NCBI RefSeq assembly: GCF_009914755.1
Contig: NC_060938.1
Reading direction: 5' to 3' (one strand)
Length of the DNA stretch: 64,000 bases
Source: the human T2T-CHM13v2.0 reference genome, Homo sapiens
Positions within the stretch are counted from its first letter, which is position 1, and each line of letters begins with the position of its first letter. Under the pieces are notes generated by a model. It was not told the origin of the DNA. It ran no database searches and was given only the letters and a program-made list of their open reading frames with translations. Shown here piece by piece: positions 48,487-64,000 of this stretch. A program made the translations under genes and the position numbers.

Positions 48487-49665
48487 TGCTGTGGTCTAAA
48501 TGTTTGATTCCCTCAAAGTTCCTATGTTGAAACCTAATCTCCAGTAGACATTTAAGAGGTGGTGAAACGGGAAAAGTCCCCTTATCCCCCTGGCAGGGTG
48601 TACGATGGGGGTGTGGCTGGCTTCCTCAGTTCCCCAATGCTCCAACCTCAAGGAGGAGCACGCAGACAGGCAGGCTGTGGGACTCCGACCCCACAGCAGT
48701 GTTCAGGGGTGAATGTTCACAGCTGAAACCCAGCGTGTGTTACAGTACGCTCTTTCACTTTAGGCATCTGTAGGCAGTTTGTGTCAGCTCAATTAGATCT
48801 CCTGCCTTATCTCAAGGACAGAGGGCTTTCTGTATCCCAGGGTTTCTTACCTTGGTGTACGGGAAGAATCGGATCCCACGTGGGCTTGGGGAATGGGTGC
48901 AAGGTTTTATTGGGTGGAAGTTCTCAGCAGATGGATGGGGAGCCAGAAGGGAGATGGAGTGGGGAGGTGGTTTTCCCCTGGAGTCAGGCAGCTCAGCAGC
49001 CCGGGCCCTCCTCCGGCCACCCCAGCCAAACTCTGTGTCGTTCCACTGGTTGGCCTGCCGGTGTCTACTGGAGTCTCCCGGTGTGCTCTTTGCCGGCATG
49101 CCCCTCTCGACGTCCTGCTGCTTTTGTGTTCTTCCGCCAATGCATTCCTCTTGATATCCAGCTGCATGTGTTGTGCCCGCTAGGGTCTTGGGGTTCTTAA
49201 AAGCACAGGATGGGGGCATGGTGGGCCACAGTGGTCTTGGGAAATGCAACATTTGGGCAGGAAAACAGAAATGCTAGTCTTCACCTAGGTCTGTAGGCAC
49301 AGGCCTGAGGGTGAAGCCCTAGCCAAGGACCACGCCCTTCCCTTCCTGGCACTTCTCTGCCTCCCTCCCAGATCAGTGGGGCCTTCAGGAAGTGACTAGA
49401 GCATGAGGGGTACATCCTCATGAATGGGGTTACTGCTTTTACAAAAGGTGTCTGTGGAAGCTTGTTCACCTCCCTCCCTTTCTCCATGTGAGGACGCATA
49501 GAAGGTGCCACCTACAAAGCAGAGAGCCATCACCACACACCAACTCTATGGTGCACCTTGATTGTGGACTTCCCAGCCTCCAGAACTGTGAGAAATAAAT
49601 TTCCATTGTTTATAAATTACCCAGTCTAGGGTATTTTGTTCTAGCAGCGCAAAAGAACTAAGACA
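48487..49665 (+). mobile_element. MLT1A/MSTD-like MaLR LTR split by an LTR1-like insertion
   Basis: 5' part 48487-48562 and 3' part 49376-49665 rejoin as aagaggtggggcctt; ends aactaagaca. Confidence 0.82.
48563..49375 (-). mobile_element. ERV1 solo LTR (LTR1-family-like)
   Basis: TG...CA termini, exact 4-bp TSD gtgg (48559-48562, 49376-49379), GC-rich, minus-strand AATAAA at 48906-48911. Confidence 0.85.
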
Positions 49666-49871
49666 GGGCTAAACATTCAACAGTCTATGTAGGTAGATAA
49701 TAATTTAGAAATAGACACATTATACACAAAAATGATCCCAGGTGATTGCTTTTAAATGGTGAACTAAAAGGGTATATTTGTTCATCCTTATCCCTAAATT
49801 CAGCTGTAACTGATTTAGAAGTAGAGGACAGTTTAGGGCTAAGTACCAAGACAAGAAACAATGGCACAACA

Positions 49872-49930
49872 CTTAAGAACATAACTTAAGAGGCCAAGCA
49901 CTTAAAGAACATAACTTAAGAGGCCAAGCA
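49872..49930 (+). repeat. Tandem duplication, 29 + 30 nt
   Basis: cttaa(a)gaacataacttaagaggccaagca twice. Confidence 0.95.
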
Positions 49931-49967
49931 AATTAAACAGGTGTCATCATTACAATGTCTTTCCTCA

Positions 49968-50447
<480 letters not shown>

Positions 50448-50608
50448 TTAAGTGGGTGAAGTGTATGATGTGTGAATTATATCTTAAAGTTGTTATTTTT
50501 TAAATGAGTAGCTTTTAAATCTAATGATTTTAAATACTCTAATTTTACATTAGGCTTCTCAGGTTTTACTAGATTTCAAAATAGCCAGAAAAACAGTGAA
50601 AAGTATAT

Positions 50609-50614
50609 TTTATT
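50609..50614 (-). terminator. Distal polyadenylation signal AATAAA of SEC23A
   Basis: tttatt on plus strand; followed on minus strand by a CA and a U/GU-rich tract. Other AATAAA at 50795-50800, 51195-51200, 51643-51648. Confidence 0.7.
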
Positions 50615-50957
50615 GGCATTTAGGCCTAGCGTAGTTCAATTCAAATAAAATATAACAAAGCAACTTATTTAAGCTAATTGAATATAACACATAAACAATT
50701 TTTTCTTAAGTTTCTGCTTTACCATCATATGATTGTGTTCATGCAAGTACAATCATTAAAACTGTCCTCCTAAGCATATATCATAGCACCACCTTTTATT
50801 TGCAGTACTTGATATGTAAATTTCATTGTCAAAACATATCTGGCTTTATCAATGTAAACATATTTGCTACAAGTAAACTTTAAAGGTAAAAGTGAATACT
50901 AATGAATAAATCAAAATAGAACTGAGCATCACATGATATAATTAAGCAAACATTATA

Positions 50958-50965
50958 TAATACTG
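50958..50965 (-). promoter_or_regulatory. miR-200b/c/429 8mer seed match CAGTATTA (second 7mer-m8 CAGTATT at 51051-51057)
   Basis: taatactg on plus strand within the 3' UTR; SEC23A is a known miR-200 target. Confidence 0.75.
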
Positions 50966-51693
50966 TTTCAATAAGAACCACAACTTAATACATTTCACAA
51001 AAAGGAAGGAAAAACAAAAAGTAATGTGTAAACTGCCAAAATAGTGTTAAAATACTGAAGGATATAATGCAAAATTTACCTCTGAAAAACAAGGGGAAAA
51101 CAACAAAACCATGCTGTGAAAACTAAATTTGGTTTAGTAGTTACAACCGTCATTTTACTGCAAAGGCTTACTAAAATGCACTCCAACAAAACCATTTATT
51201 TTCTATCTCCCCTTTTAAAAAAACTACTGCGTTTAGTCACATAAGTTGGATATTTTGTGGAAATTTCACATTTTTTGTCAGCTGCGGGATTGTTACCCAA
51301 AAAAACCTTTCATCTCTAAACTATCTTTCCAAATAACCAAAAACATTATCATCATGAAAATTACCATTATAAAATCAAATAATTCCTAAACAAATCATAA
51401 AAATAAATCTGCCTTAACCTAGTAAGTACAGAAAAAGTGTATACATAAGTGCTGAAAATTACAGAAAAATATTCAATGAATAAGCAAAAATGTTCACATT
51501 TATCATTACTATTGTTTTTTTGCTTTCTGGCTAAAATTAAGGAACAAGTTTTTAAAAGGTGAGCAAGAAAATTCAGTGCCACTTTGGGTCTGTCTGCAAT
51601 ATACAAATGAGTTACATCTGTAGTACGAGGCAGACTCTATTTTTTATTAAACATAATTAAGTTATAAAGACTTCAAATTTCTAGAACCAGCTA

Positions 51694-51701
51694 TAACACT
51701 G
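51694..51701 (-). promoter_or_regulatory. miR-141/200a 8mer seed match CAGTGTTA
   Basis: taacactg on plus strand within the 3' UTR. Confidence 0.7.
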
Positions 51702-51717
51702 TGGTAAGCAAAATAAA

Positions 51718-51724
51718 TTTGTTC
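51718..51724 (-). promoter_or_regulatory. miR-375 7mer-A1 seed match GAACAAA
   Basis: tttgttc on plus strand; SEC23A is a reported miR-375 target. Confidence 0.55.
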
Positions 51725-51911
51725 TTATTGCTCTCATTATAATTCCAGCTTAATCTACAAATGTGAACATTTTCCATATGTTGTCTCAAACCATACTAAT
51801 ACAAAAAATATAGAGCAATATCTGTTGGTTTCCACAGATAAATGGAAAAAGGAAAAAATGAAATTTGAATATTATTTCATCTTCTTAAGTGTCTTTAACA
51901 TTATTAGCACT

Positions 51912-52001
51912 TCAAGCAGCACTGGACACAGCAAGTTTCTTCAAGTGATCCATAAACACTTGTAAACTAACATCATCTGTAAGAATAGGTGCTCCAGACT
52001 C
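51912..52001 (-). CDS. SEC23A: SEC23A last coding exon, ESGAPILTDDVSLQVFMDHLKKLAVSSAA-stop
   Basis: Acceptor ttttttcctctag|GAG; TGA at 51914-51912; C-terminus VSSAA is SEC23A-type. Confidence 0.97.
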   Translation of the reverse strand, partial: ESGAPILTDDVSLQVFMDHLKKLAVSSAA

Positions 52002-52104
52002 CTAGAGGAAAAAAGATATTTGTTATGATTAAAGCATAGGGTGATATCATGGAATTTATACACAAATGTTTAAAATAGACAAGGAAATCATTTGAAATGC
52101 CTAT

Positions 52105-52335
52105 GGTCCTATTAAATAAAAAGAATCTAACTGGCCTCCGTCCCTGGTTGCTGGGAGGGAGACTCTACATCCTTAGAATTCCCTGATAATAGGAGTGTCT
52201 TTATTCATAGGCTGATGGGATCACATAGGAGTTTATGCTATGAGATGAGATGAATCAGGATGGCGGCTAGTCACCACGAAGACTAACAATGGAATTAGAG
52301 GCTTGGTGCTTTTAAAAGAAAGCCTGACCTCCAGA
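52105..52335. mobile_element. MER21-like LTR fragment in the last SEC23A intron
   Basis: Degenerate match by eye (ccttagaattccctgataataggagtgtcttt, gagtttatgcta). Confidence 0.5.
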
Positions 52336-54711
52336 CCCTTTCTCCCTGGCATTTTAAGAGAAATCCCAGCTGGAAGGAAGCAAACTCATAATATCATTTT
52401 TTAAATAAACTATGCTTCTCAAGTTTTCAGGTCGTTTTAATTGATTTCTGTAGGTTCCAAGTAATTAACAAGAGTTAGGGAAAATTCCTATTATCCATTT
52501 TAATAAAAACTGTATTGACAGAATGATCTTGGTAACCCAATCCATTAACAATGAAATTTTACTTCAGCAAGAGAAGGTATTTCTAGAAGATTTTTAATCT
52601 GAATTTTACATTTTTCTTCTTATACTCAAGTTCTTATTAATTATAAATATTCAAAGTCTAAAACAGGGAAATTAAGTAATTTCAGCAAATTATTGGCAAA
52701 TGTGAGATGAGAACTTATAGCTCCTGTGATTCTAGTCTGGCATAGCCACAAACATGCCATAACCTCTCCTGAATAAAGGGAAATCAATTTTATCATATGT
52801 TTATTCAAAAGAACTTGAAAGATTTGATAATGAAGGGAGGCAATCCCTTACTGGGATTAAGGGCATAGAGTCTGGATCCAGAATGCCTAGGCTCAAATTC
52901 TGGCTCTGCCACTTCCTACCCATATGACTGAATAAGTTATTTAAACTATGTCTTAGTTTCCCCATGTGTAAAACAAGGATAATAACAGGACCTATCTTAC
53001 ACAAGTTGTTGTAATGATTAAATGAGTTAAATTCTATAAAGCAAACAGAACAGTACCTAGTACACACAGTAGACATACATGTTTTAGCTATTTCTATTGT
53101 TCCTCCTGTTCAAAAATCTATAACAATGAAATACTTTTCTTTATTCTATATGCATAGCTAACACAGAAAAGCACAAGTCTCAAAACTGTAACCTAAACCA
53201 GTAACAACCTCATGGCTCTTACTTTTTTCTTCCTGTAACTATGCCTGATTTTATTTTCATTTTACAATGTTTTCCATCTCAAGTCACCCAATCTCAGAGC
53301 CATTTCTCCTAGTCAAGACAAAATATAAGGATTTCCTAATTTATATACCACAGAGCTCCTGCTTGAAATGATAAATACCAATGCTCATTCGATTTTATAA
53401 AAAATTAGCAGTTAGCTGATCTCAACTTTTCAAATGGACCCTTTTTCTATTTAAAATATATCCAGGATTAGGCAGAAAGGTACAAGCTTTACATTATTTA
53501 GTATATGAGGCACTACAGCAACAGAGGCCTCCAGCACTGTCACAGAAGTGTTGCAGTGGTGCCCTCTTACGGCCGTTCATGGATAATACTTATCATAGGG
53601 TCCTTGATTTCTGACCCCCAAAAAATCCTGTAAGCTATTAGAGTCCATTAATTTTTAGTAAAATTCTTGGTTACTGTTATTTCCTTTAAATGCAATCATC
53701 AAATTAACTTGATTAAAAATTCAGAGTCTGGAGTTAGACCTTGGTTAAAATCTAGACCCTGCCACAGTTTAGCTACATGATCTTGCATAAAATACTTAAT
53801 CTATATGAGCCTCAATTTCCTCTCATGAAATATAGGATTACTAGTATCCACCTTATAAAAGTTAATTAAATGAGAGTACACTAAAAGCATAGTGACTAAA
53901 ACAGTAGATTCAGTGTATTAGATATTATGATTATTAAAATATTGACATCATTACTCATAAAAATCTTAAGAAAGACCTGAGCACTCTTATTTATGCCTGT
54001 AATGCCCCTACTTCCAGGCAGTAACAATTACACTTCAGAGTTTAAAATAGGTTTCCTTTCCCATGTTAAATATAAGAAGTGACTTTTTTTTCCATTGATA
54101 ATAGTGAAAACTAATAGCTAACATTTACTGAGTATTACTGTCCATTTCAAGCATGTTTTATTAAACTCTATAGACAAGGAAGTGAAAACAAAGAGAAGTC
54201 AAGTAACTTGCAGAGTCTGCATTTTCCATTACCAGCCTTCCACCCTTCCAAGATTACTTTTTATAACCTCCCCAACTTTTAGAACTTTTGGACCTGGGAT
54301 TCAATTTATTTACCTATATTACAAAAACTCTTAACTCCTAGCCACCTCCACAGATTTCCAATATTCTAATCTCTGCTCTCTCCTGTCCAGATCTATTGTA
54401 TTCAATATATGCTATGTTTAAGGTCCTATGGAAAATCAAAAATGAAAATGACAGTTATTGCCTCAAGTAATTAATAATCTAACAGGAGCAATGCCATAAA
54501 AAATGGAGGCGGGAAAAGGGATGACAGGACAGGGATATTACACAAATTCAATCATGCAATTGTAGGACGGTGCTATGGTTTGAATATCTGTCCCTTCCAA
54601 AACTCATTTTGAAAATCCCCAATGTGGCAGTATAAAGGTGGGGCCTTTAAGAGGTGACTGGGTCATAAGGGTTCCGCCCTCATGAAACAATTAAAATCTA
54701 TTCATGGATAC

Positions 54712-55023
<312 letters not shown>

Positions 55024-57188
55024 TTATGGAAGCATGCTCTAGATATTTTTAGTAAATAAAATAGGCCCTCACCACTGCTGCAAAAGCGTTTTATTAATCT
55101 TCAGTTGATTTTTGTATTCTTTAGAACTGTTTTTAATCTTTTCTAGTTTTTTTGGCCCCTAACTCCAGCCTTTTTCACTCCTAAATAATCTCATATTATT
55201 GAAAAGAAACAGGCAATTATCCAATGTGAGTTTTCACTCCACCTAAAAACCTTTCTGTCTTCACCCTTCTTACCTTTTGCTTTTGCAGAAATAAGTGCCC
55301 TGCCTCCTTACCAATGCTTAACGTCCATATACTGCTTATGATCATATTGTCTCCTGAGGATCTTAAATATCTGTTCTTTTGTGTCTTTCCTATGCTTGGT
55401 CTCCAAATAAGTTCTGTGCCCTTACCGTAATAACAATCATCTGCCTATCCTACTGCTTATCCTCAGGTTAAATTTGCAAAAGAATCATTTATACTTTCGA
55501 CCTCCGCTTCTTTCTCACCCACTAATTCCTTATAAATTTATCTTCTTACTCAACCACCATACTAAAGCCGCTTACACAATGCCACGAATAACCTCCTAGC
55601 CATCAAATCCAAGCACCTTTTCTCACTCTGTATCCCTCTTCAACTGTCTGCGGCATGTCAGTTTGTTACCTCCTTCTTCTTCCTTCTATAAAGTCACCTT
55701 TTATGACATACTATTCTTTTCATTCTGCCTCTCTGATAATTCACTAAACACTCCTACCACTTGTACTCCCCTGAAGTTTTTGTCTCATCTCTCCTTTACC
55801 TCTTTACTCTCTCTTCAGACAAGCATTTACTGTGATGACTTTATCACCTTTCTCATTCTTGCCCTGACCATCAAACCCAAATTGCCAACAGCCCACTCAA
55901 CATGGCCATAATCAATATGGTCATCTTATTGTGGCTCAATAAGGCCTTCTAGATAGTACCTCAAACTCAGTGTCTAAACCAAACAATTTCTCTCCACTCT
56001 CCCATTTATTGACATATGTTTTCCTAGTCACTCAGGCTTAAAACCCCAAAATACCCTGTTTCCCCTCACCTGTTTTTTAAAAATTCAAGACTACATTAAA
56101 GTTGAGAGAGAAGTACAATAAACACCCATATAGCATACCTACATTCACTGACTGTTAACATTTTGCCACGTATGCTTTATGTTTCTACATTATTTTTCCT
56201 TTTTTCTTCTTTTTGTTGAATAACTTCTGGAAGTTGAAGCCATCATGACATTTTATTCCTAAATACTTCAGGATGTATCTCCTAAGATCAAGAAGAATCT
56301 CCTACATAACCACACCATTATCACTCTCAAGAAATTTAATAATTCTGTACTAGTTATCTGATATATGATCTATATTCAAATCTCACAAATTATCCCAATT
56401 ATGTTCTTTATAGCTATTCTCTCCCTTTAATCCAGGATTCAATCAGAATTCAGATTTTGTGCATAGTTGCCATGCCCTGGAATAATTACTTTCCTGCAAC
56501 TTCTAATCAAGTCCTATTGAGTCTACTTTTAAAATATCTCCCAAATCTATTCCTTTCACCATCTTGCCTTTACTCCCTCTCACTTGGATTATTTTCGTAA
56601 ATATACTTTCAACCTACAGACTGCTTCCATTTAATCTTAAGATTCAACTATACTAAGACTCAAATCTGCCCTCTGTCCACCTTCAATGACTCTCCATTAC
56701 TTACCAAATAAATACTCAACTTCTCACTCCTCAACCTGACATTCAAGATCCTCCACAATTTACTTGTACAACACATTTCCGTTTTATGTTCTTCTAGTCA
56801 GCTCTGCATGTAGTCTTTTATCTTAGCCCATACTATTCTCTACCTAGATTTCCCTTCCTCATGCAATTTCCAATTACTGAAATAACCATTCTTTAAATGA
56901 AATGTTTCTTTTTTCTGAGCTCTTTTCTGATTACACACCCTCTTCCTGCTACCACTATGTGACCTCTTGCCATCTTCCTCTTCTAACCTTTGTAATACTT
57001 CATAGCTTTCTAAGGACAAATATCCCATTCTGCCTTGTAATTTACTTAGGTATGTATTTTATCTCTAATATTAGACTACAAGCTCTCCAAAGGCATGGGT
57101 AATAACTGCACCCTAAAGAGCCAATACAAAGTCCTAAACATACTGGACACTCAATAAATGTTGATATGTTATACCAAGAGGTTAACAC

Positions 57189-57316
57189 TTTTTTTTTTTA
57201 AGAGATGGAGTCTTGCTATGTTGCCCAGGCTGGTCTCAAACTCCTGGCCTCAAGTGATCCTCCTGCCTCAGCCTCTTGAGCAGCTGGGATTACAGGCATG
57301 AGCCACCACACCCAGC
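57189..57316 (-). mobile_element. FLAM_C-like Alu monomer (intronic)
   Basis: Antisense single arm with T run. Confidence 0.9.
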
Positions 57317-57613
57317 AGGACTTTTACCAAATTAAACTATATCAATAATGATTTGCAGGGTTCCTGCCCCTCCTTCTCAACTATGATCCCTGGCCTCTCT
57401 TGGCTTATCGTGGCCTTTTGTGGTTCACAACCTAGCATTAAACTGGAGTCACCACTTCCTGTCTTACACACTTCATTGCTTTTTGTCTCAAGGGTATAGT
57501 GCTAAACTTGGAGTCTATTTGATAGGATCACTTTTGTCCTATGGTGTCGCCAAATATTAATTCTGTTTTCTACTCTCATTTTTACATTACTTTTCCAACA
57601 GAAACCATTACTA

Positions 57614-57793
<180 letters not shown>

Positions 57794-59287
57794 TTATCCA
57801 TCAAAAATGGTTTCAGTCAATATCAGCTGAATAATTATATCATGCAAAATCAATTTTATTTAGTATGTGTTGGTAAAATTAATTTTATTAACTTAATTTT
57901 TAAAAGATTAAACTTTGAAATGTATAGGTCACTAAGTGTTACAAATAAATAATAAATGCACCTCTTCTCTCCAAATCATACATCCAAAATAACAAATACA
58001 TTGTTGAGTCCAAAACTCAGCATATAAAAATTATGTGTGCAACAATTATGACAAGGTTGGTGTGAAATTACTAAACACTTGGTCAGAAGTTCAAAATCCC
58101 AAATAATGATAAAAACAAAAGCCATGAAAATCTGTATGTTCTTTTGCTTAAAATAATGACCCTTAAGCTTTCTTAAACCACAGGTGATTCTATGAGACAA
58201 GTGATCCAACATTTTATCCTTCTACCCACTATGGCTTATCATCATGAAAATAATAACCAGAATAAAAGAGGAAAATGGTAATACACACAGTGAGACATCA
58301 ATGAAAGAACCAGTAAGATTTTTAACTCATAATGGAAGCACATAGACAGTAACATCTTTTGAAATTTAGTATCATACAAAATCTTTTTCTACTCTCTAAG
58401 GAATCAGTTTAACCTAACAGTGAAGAGCACTGGCCCTGGAGTACCAGGACTCAAATCCCACTCCTGTATTTACTGTGTTCCCTTGGCCATAAGTAACCTA
58501 GATCTCAGTTTTATTATCTGTTAAATGAAAATAACACTAGAATTCTTATGAGGATCAAATGAGATAAGGCATGCAGAAGTACTTTGCAAATTCTCAATAT
58601 GAAATAACTCTCATATAAATACAGTAAAACTAATAGTAATTATCATTTCTGAATAACAGTTACTGATATTTGCTACCTATTTTATAATACCGTACTAGGC
58701 ACTAGGGAATACAAAGCATAGTCCCTGCCTTCAAAGAGCATGTAAAACAAATTAATAACAACTTATAATTAATTTATTATAACTCTTATAAGAATTACAA
58801 AAGAGAAGTAAGAAGTATTTTATGAGAGTATGTTAAGGAACCTAACTTAGCCTTCTGAAGGTCTCAAAGCAACTGTGTATGTATGTATATGTATCTAACG
58901 TATATGTATCCTCAAAATCCTAAAAGCCACAAAACCTTTTCATAATACTACAGTGTTTTCCTATTACATAAAATTTTATTTTCTAGAAAATTGGAATGAT
59001 AGAATGAAGACAATGAAAAAATGTAAGTTACCACAAATGTCATATTCATAGACTTTAACAGTAAATAAACGGCTTTAAGAAAAGTATATTACTTTCCAAG
59101 CTGTTCACATTTTCTTGTTCAACCAAAGCTAGTATACCACCACAATGCCATCCTGGCCCTGTTCAGGAAGCTAGGCTAGAGACAGAAGATGATGGAAAGT
59201 GCCAGGTTTAGGCAACTAGTCAATAATCTTACTGTTTTGCTCTCAAAAGCTAATGCAAAAAGTAAGCACTGATACCTTCCCCACCTA

Positions 59288-59560
<273 letters not shown>

Positions 59561-60072
59561 CTAATTTTAAAACAATTAAAGAAATTACTTTAAATTTCTT
59601 GCCCATCCAAAAATCTTGAGATTTTTCCAAAGAAAATAATCTTTAGAAACTAAAAAAATTATAGACCATTATTCCATTTACCTCAATTTTTTAAAAGTTA
59701 CAATTTCAGTAGAGAAAATATTCTTAATAAATATAAAATTAGAATATTTCTTCTCCTTTAAAAGTAAAATGAAAGAATACTTACATAAGTCAGAAAATTT
59801 TTAAAACACTATGCTTATCAAATGAATGTTAGCTAAAAGCTATCTACCTAAGCTTATGATACGTGAAAGCAATTGAATCAATCCATAGGTAAGTAGCTCT
59901 AAACACCATGTAATTAAATCATCTAAAAACTTATGCCTGGTTTATTTTCTAAGTTAGCTGAATCAGTCAACACATTCTTTTATAGCTTTATACCTCTGTA
60001 TAAAACAATCATGTGCATTTCTGATTTCTCCTTTAACAAGCTACTTGAAAAAGTAAAAATCACCATAAAACA

Positions 60073-60104
<32 letters not shown>

Positions 60105-60247
60105 AAGCCCTGTCAGTATTACAGGTTTTTTTTTTTTTTTTTAACAAAGGCAAGAAGTTAAAACAGGTATTATTCTTAACAAGTAAAGGGCATTAGAAAC
60201 TGGTATCAATTAAAAATAATTTACAATAATAATAATTAAATCTTTTA

Positions 60248-60757
<510 letters not shown>

Positions 60758-61446
60758 TCACAGTGCAAATCTAAAATCATTTACAATTAAAGCAACTGAA
60801 AAAATAAATCTGCAGAACTTAGTAAAACACTAGACTGTAAGTTTGAGAACAGATCTGTGAAAAAAGAACACATCTATATCTTCCAAAGCATCCAGAGGAA
60901 GCACTTAACAATTGGCTGAATGAGTAACTGCAGGAATGCATCAAGGTCTGCTAAATACCTGGATTAAAGCTTAATAGCTACTAAAATCTTCTGCTCTCTG
61001 TAATCATTTACCATTCCAATGAAGTTACAAATTTTAATTCATGTATGCTTTAAATGAGTTTTCAAGATCATGTAGAACACTTAATAATAACTTATAATGA
61101 TTGCATAACGTAAAAGGAAAGCCTGCCCACTGACAAAGGCTGACTTTTCCCCCCTTAATGTTTTCAGGTAAAACCCAAAAGTGCCATTTGTCTATGTACA
61201 GTCAGTGTTCTTACTTTCACAACACTGTGCTTTGCGCAAAATCCAATTGTGTGACAAATGAATAAAATAATCACATGTGGGTCAACTGCAATTGAAGCCT
61301 AAAACCTTATAGTAGGCAGCATCATATTTTATTATTTTATAAAAATGGAAATCAAAGTTTATCATAGATGAAACACTAGCCATACAATTAGAAGTAAGAA
61401 AACCTTTCTAAGTAAAAAGACTTTACATGCATAGCTTTAAATGCTA

Positions 61447-61545
<99 letters not shown>

Positions 61546-61602
61546 CTAACGTAAAGAAAACAATGAGAAATGAGGAAAAAGGAAAAATAATCTACTCAAT
61601 AA

Positions 61603-61935
<333 letters not shown>

Positions 61936-62049
61936 AGCACTAAATTTGAAACTTAGGCCATGATGGCCTAAATTTGAAATTTATATTTTATTACCTAAAA
62001 TCTCTTGCTATTATGAATTCTTATAGTGTATTTTAATTTTTTAAGGAAT

Positions 62050-62890
62050 CCCTTTAAGCTGAGGTAACAAACAATTTAAAAATAGAGTAAAGTCAAGAAG
62101 AATTCAAGGATAACTCCTAAGCCTAAATGGGGAAAGGCCTGGGATAGAGCAAATTTGGAGCACATGGGAAAATAGTTCTGCATATGAAATGAAAGGGAGT
62201 GGTCTGAACTGATGACATAAATCTAGGTGTCACATGCACAAAGATTAAAGCACAAAGATTAAAGCAATGGGATTAGACTACATCACTGAGAGGGAAGACA
62301 GGGAAAGCCAGAAGATTGATCCCTTAAGCATGTCAACACTTAGAGGTCTGAAAGGGAAAAGCTAGCAAAAGACTGAGAAAGAACGGTGAGTGAGTAAGAG
62401 GAAAACCAGGAAGGTATAGGTGTCACAGAAGCCTAGGGCAAAAGGTTTTCAAGGGCTGAGTACTAGTGAAGACTAGGTAAATACTGTTGAGAGCTCTGGT
62501 GAGATGTAGGACATTGGTGGTCTTTATAAGAGCCATTTCAATATAATGTTAGGGACAAAAGTCTTACTTATATAGGTTGAGAAGACAATGTGAGGTGAGA
62601 AAGTATAAACAACAAATAACTTTTTTGAGTTCAACTCTCACCAGGAGCAGAGAAATGGGGTGGCAGTTAGAGAAAGCGTGGGTCATGGTGGGGGTGTTTT
62701 GTCCGTTTGTTATAAACCTGACTGTTGTTATGGTTTCTATGTTAATTAATAAGAATGATCCAGATGGACAGAAAGTAATTATATAGAACAGAAAGAAGAT
62801 AACTCCAAAAGCAAAACCCTAAGAACATGAAGCTGATAGGATTCATGGATTAAATGAAAAGGTTGAAATTTAATAGGAGCAGGCACTAGG
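62050..62890 (+). mobile_element. L2 LINE fragment (other L2/MIR relics at about 8150-8700, 9290-9800, 47480-47920, 52850-53090, 55200-57160)
   Basis: Purine-rich degenerate L2 motifs (gagactgagaa-like, gtgtcacagaagcc, agagccatttcaat). Confidence 0.6.
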
Positions 62891-63775
62891 GACAGTGGGA
62901 TTCCAATTTTCTTCTAAACACCATTCTACATTTTTCAGATGTCTACATGCACGTTATTACTCAGAAGAAAAAAAAGTTACTTCTAAAACATTCCTGATTC
63001 AAAGAATACAAGGCAAAATACATATAGCCAAACCAACATATTAAAAATATATATTTCCTAGAAAAATAGAAACTATTTGACCAATTACAAAAAAATCATT
63101 GTAACGAAATAAAATATTTTACCCATTATTTTACAAAACCGTGAATAATAGCATCATGAGGGATCATTAATCAATAGATATTGTAAATATTCTCTTTATA
63201 TTGACCTTACTATTTTCAAATACAGTAACTACACACTTTTAAGTAGTAAAACAGACCATTTTAACTACAGAATGGAAAAATGGTTCATTTGATAACAGGT
63301 TAAAATAAGTGGGACAGTCTGCTAAGAAGGTTAAATGGATAACTTTATCAATCTTCTAAGCATGTGTCTTTATAATCAACTATTTTTTATGTTCTCAAAA
63401 AAACAAAGGAAAATGAGATTAAAACAAGAGCCTTTGTTTAGACAGAATGTCATAACTGTCACAGACACTAAACTCTGGAATAAGCTACAGTCTACAGAAT
63501 TATAATCACTTCTGGACATTGTTAAAGACGTAAAGAATAATCATATGCTTTGGAGGATTTGATTAACCAAATGGCTGGACAAAATGATCTGAAAGTCTCT
63601 TCCATCTCCTTTAAAAAAAAAAATTTAACAATCTTCTAATACAGCCTACATGGTATCTAGCATATAGTAAACATTCATAAATATTTTAAGCGAATACATT
63701 AATAGGTTGAGATGTCCATTCTTTTAGTTAAATTCTTATATTTAGTAACTATATGCATTTTTTTAGTTATTTTCA

Positions 63776-64000
<225 letters not shown>

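Larger units (their letters stand above)
50590..51911 (-). other. SEC23A: SEC23A 3' UTR (distal end approximate)
   Basis: Repeat-free AT-rich sequence after the stop codon, ending near the last AATAAA before repeats resume. Confidence 0.8.

Noticed and set aside
48781-49252. Cluster of overlapping 86-146 aa ORFs
   Set aside because: Inside a GC-rich solo LTR; no recognisable domain.

Overview
Primate (very probably human/hominoid) genomic DNA, AT-rich and dominated by interspersed repeats. The only host protein-coding sequence is the 3' end of SEC23A (COPII inner-coat Sar1 GAP) on the minus strand: five phase-0 coding exons (63836-63997, 61459-61545, 59405-59560, 57704-57769, 51912-52001) with canonical GT/AG ends, then a ~1.3 kb 3' UTR with four AATAAA signals and miR-200-family and miR-375 seed matches. 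The ~50 kb downstream is intergenic. It holds a full-length but inactivated L1PA4-like LINE-1 with an open, extended antisense ORF0, a truncated L1PA3-like element with a probable short 3' transduction, a Y1 RNA pseudogene, nested LTR/LINE insertions, about 20 Alu/FLAM elements, DNA transposon fossils and microsatellites. I found no convincing previously undescribed biological system. The best leads are regulatory hypotheses for SEC23A (alternative polyadenylation versus miR-200 sites, a skippable arginine-finger exon, inverted Alus) and scars of retrotransposition or repair. Repeat subfamily names are from recalled consensus sequences, not a database search.
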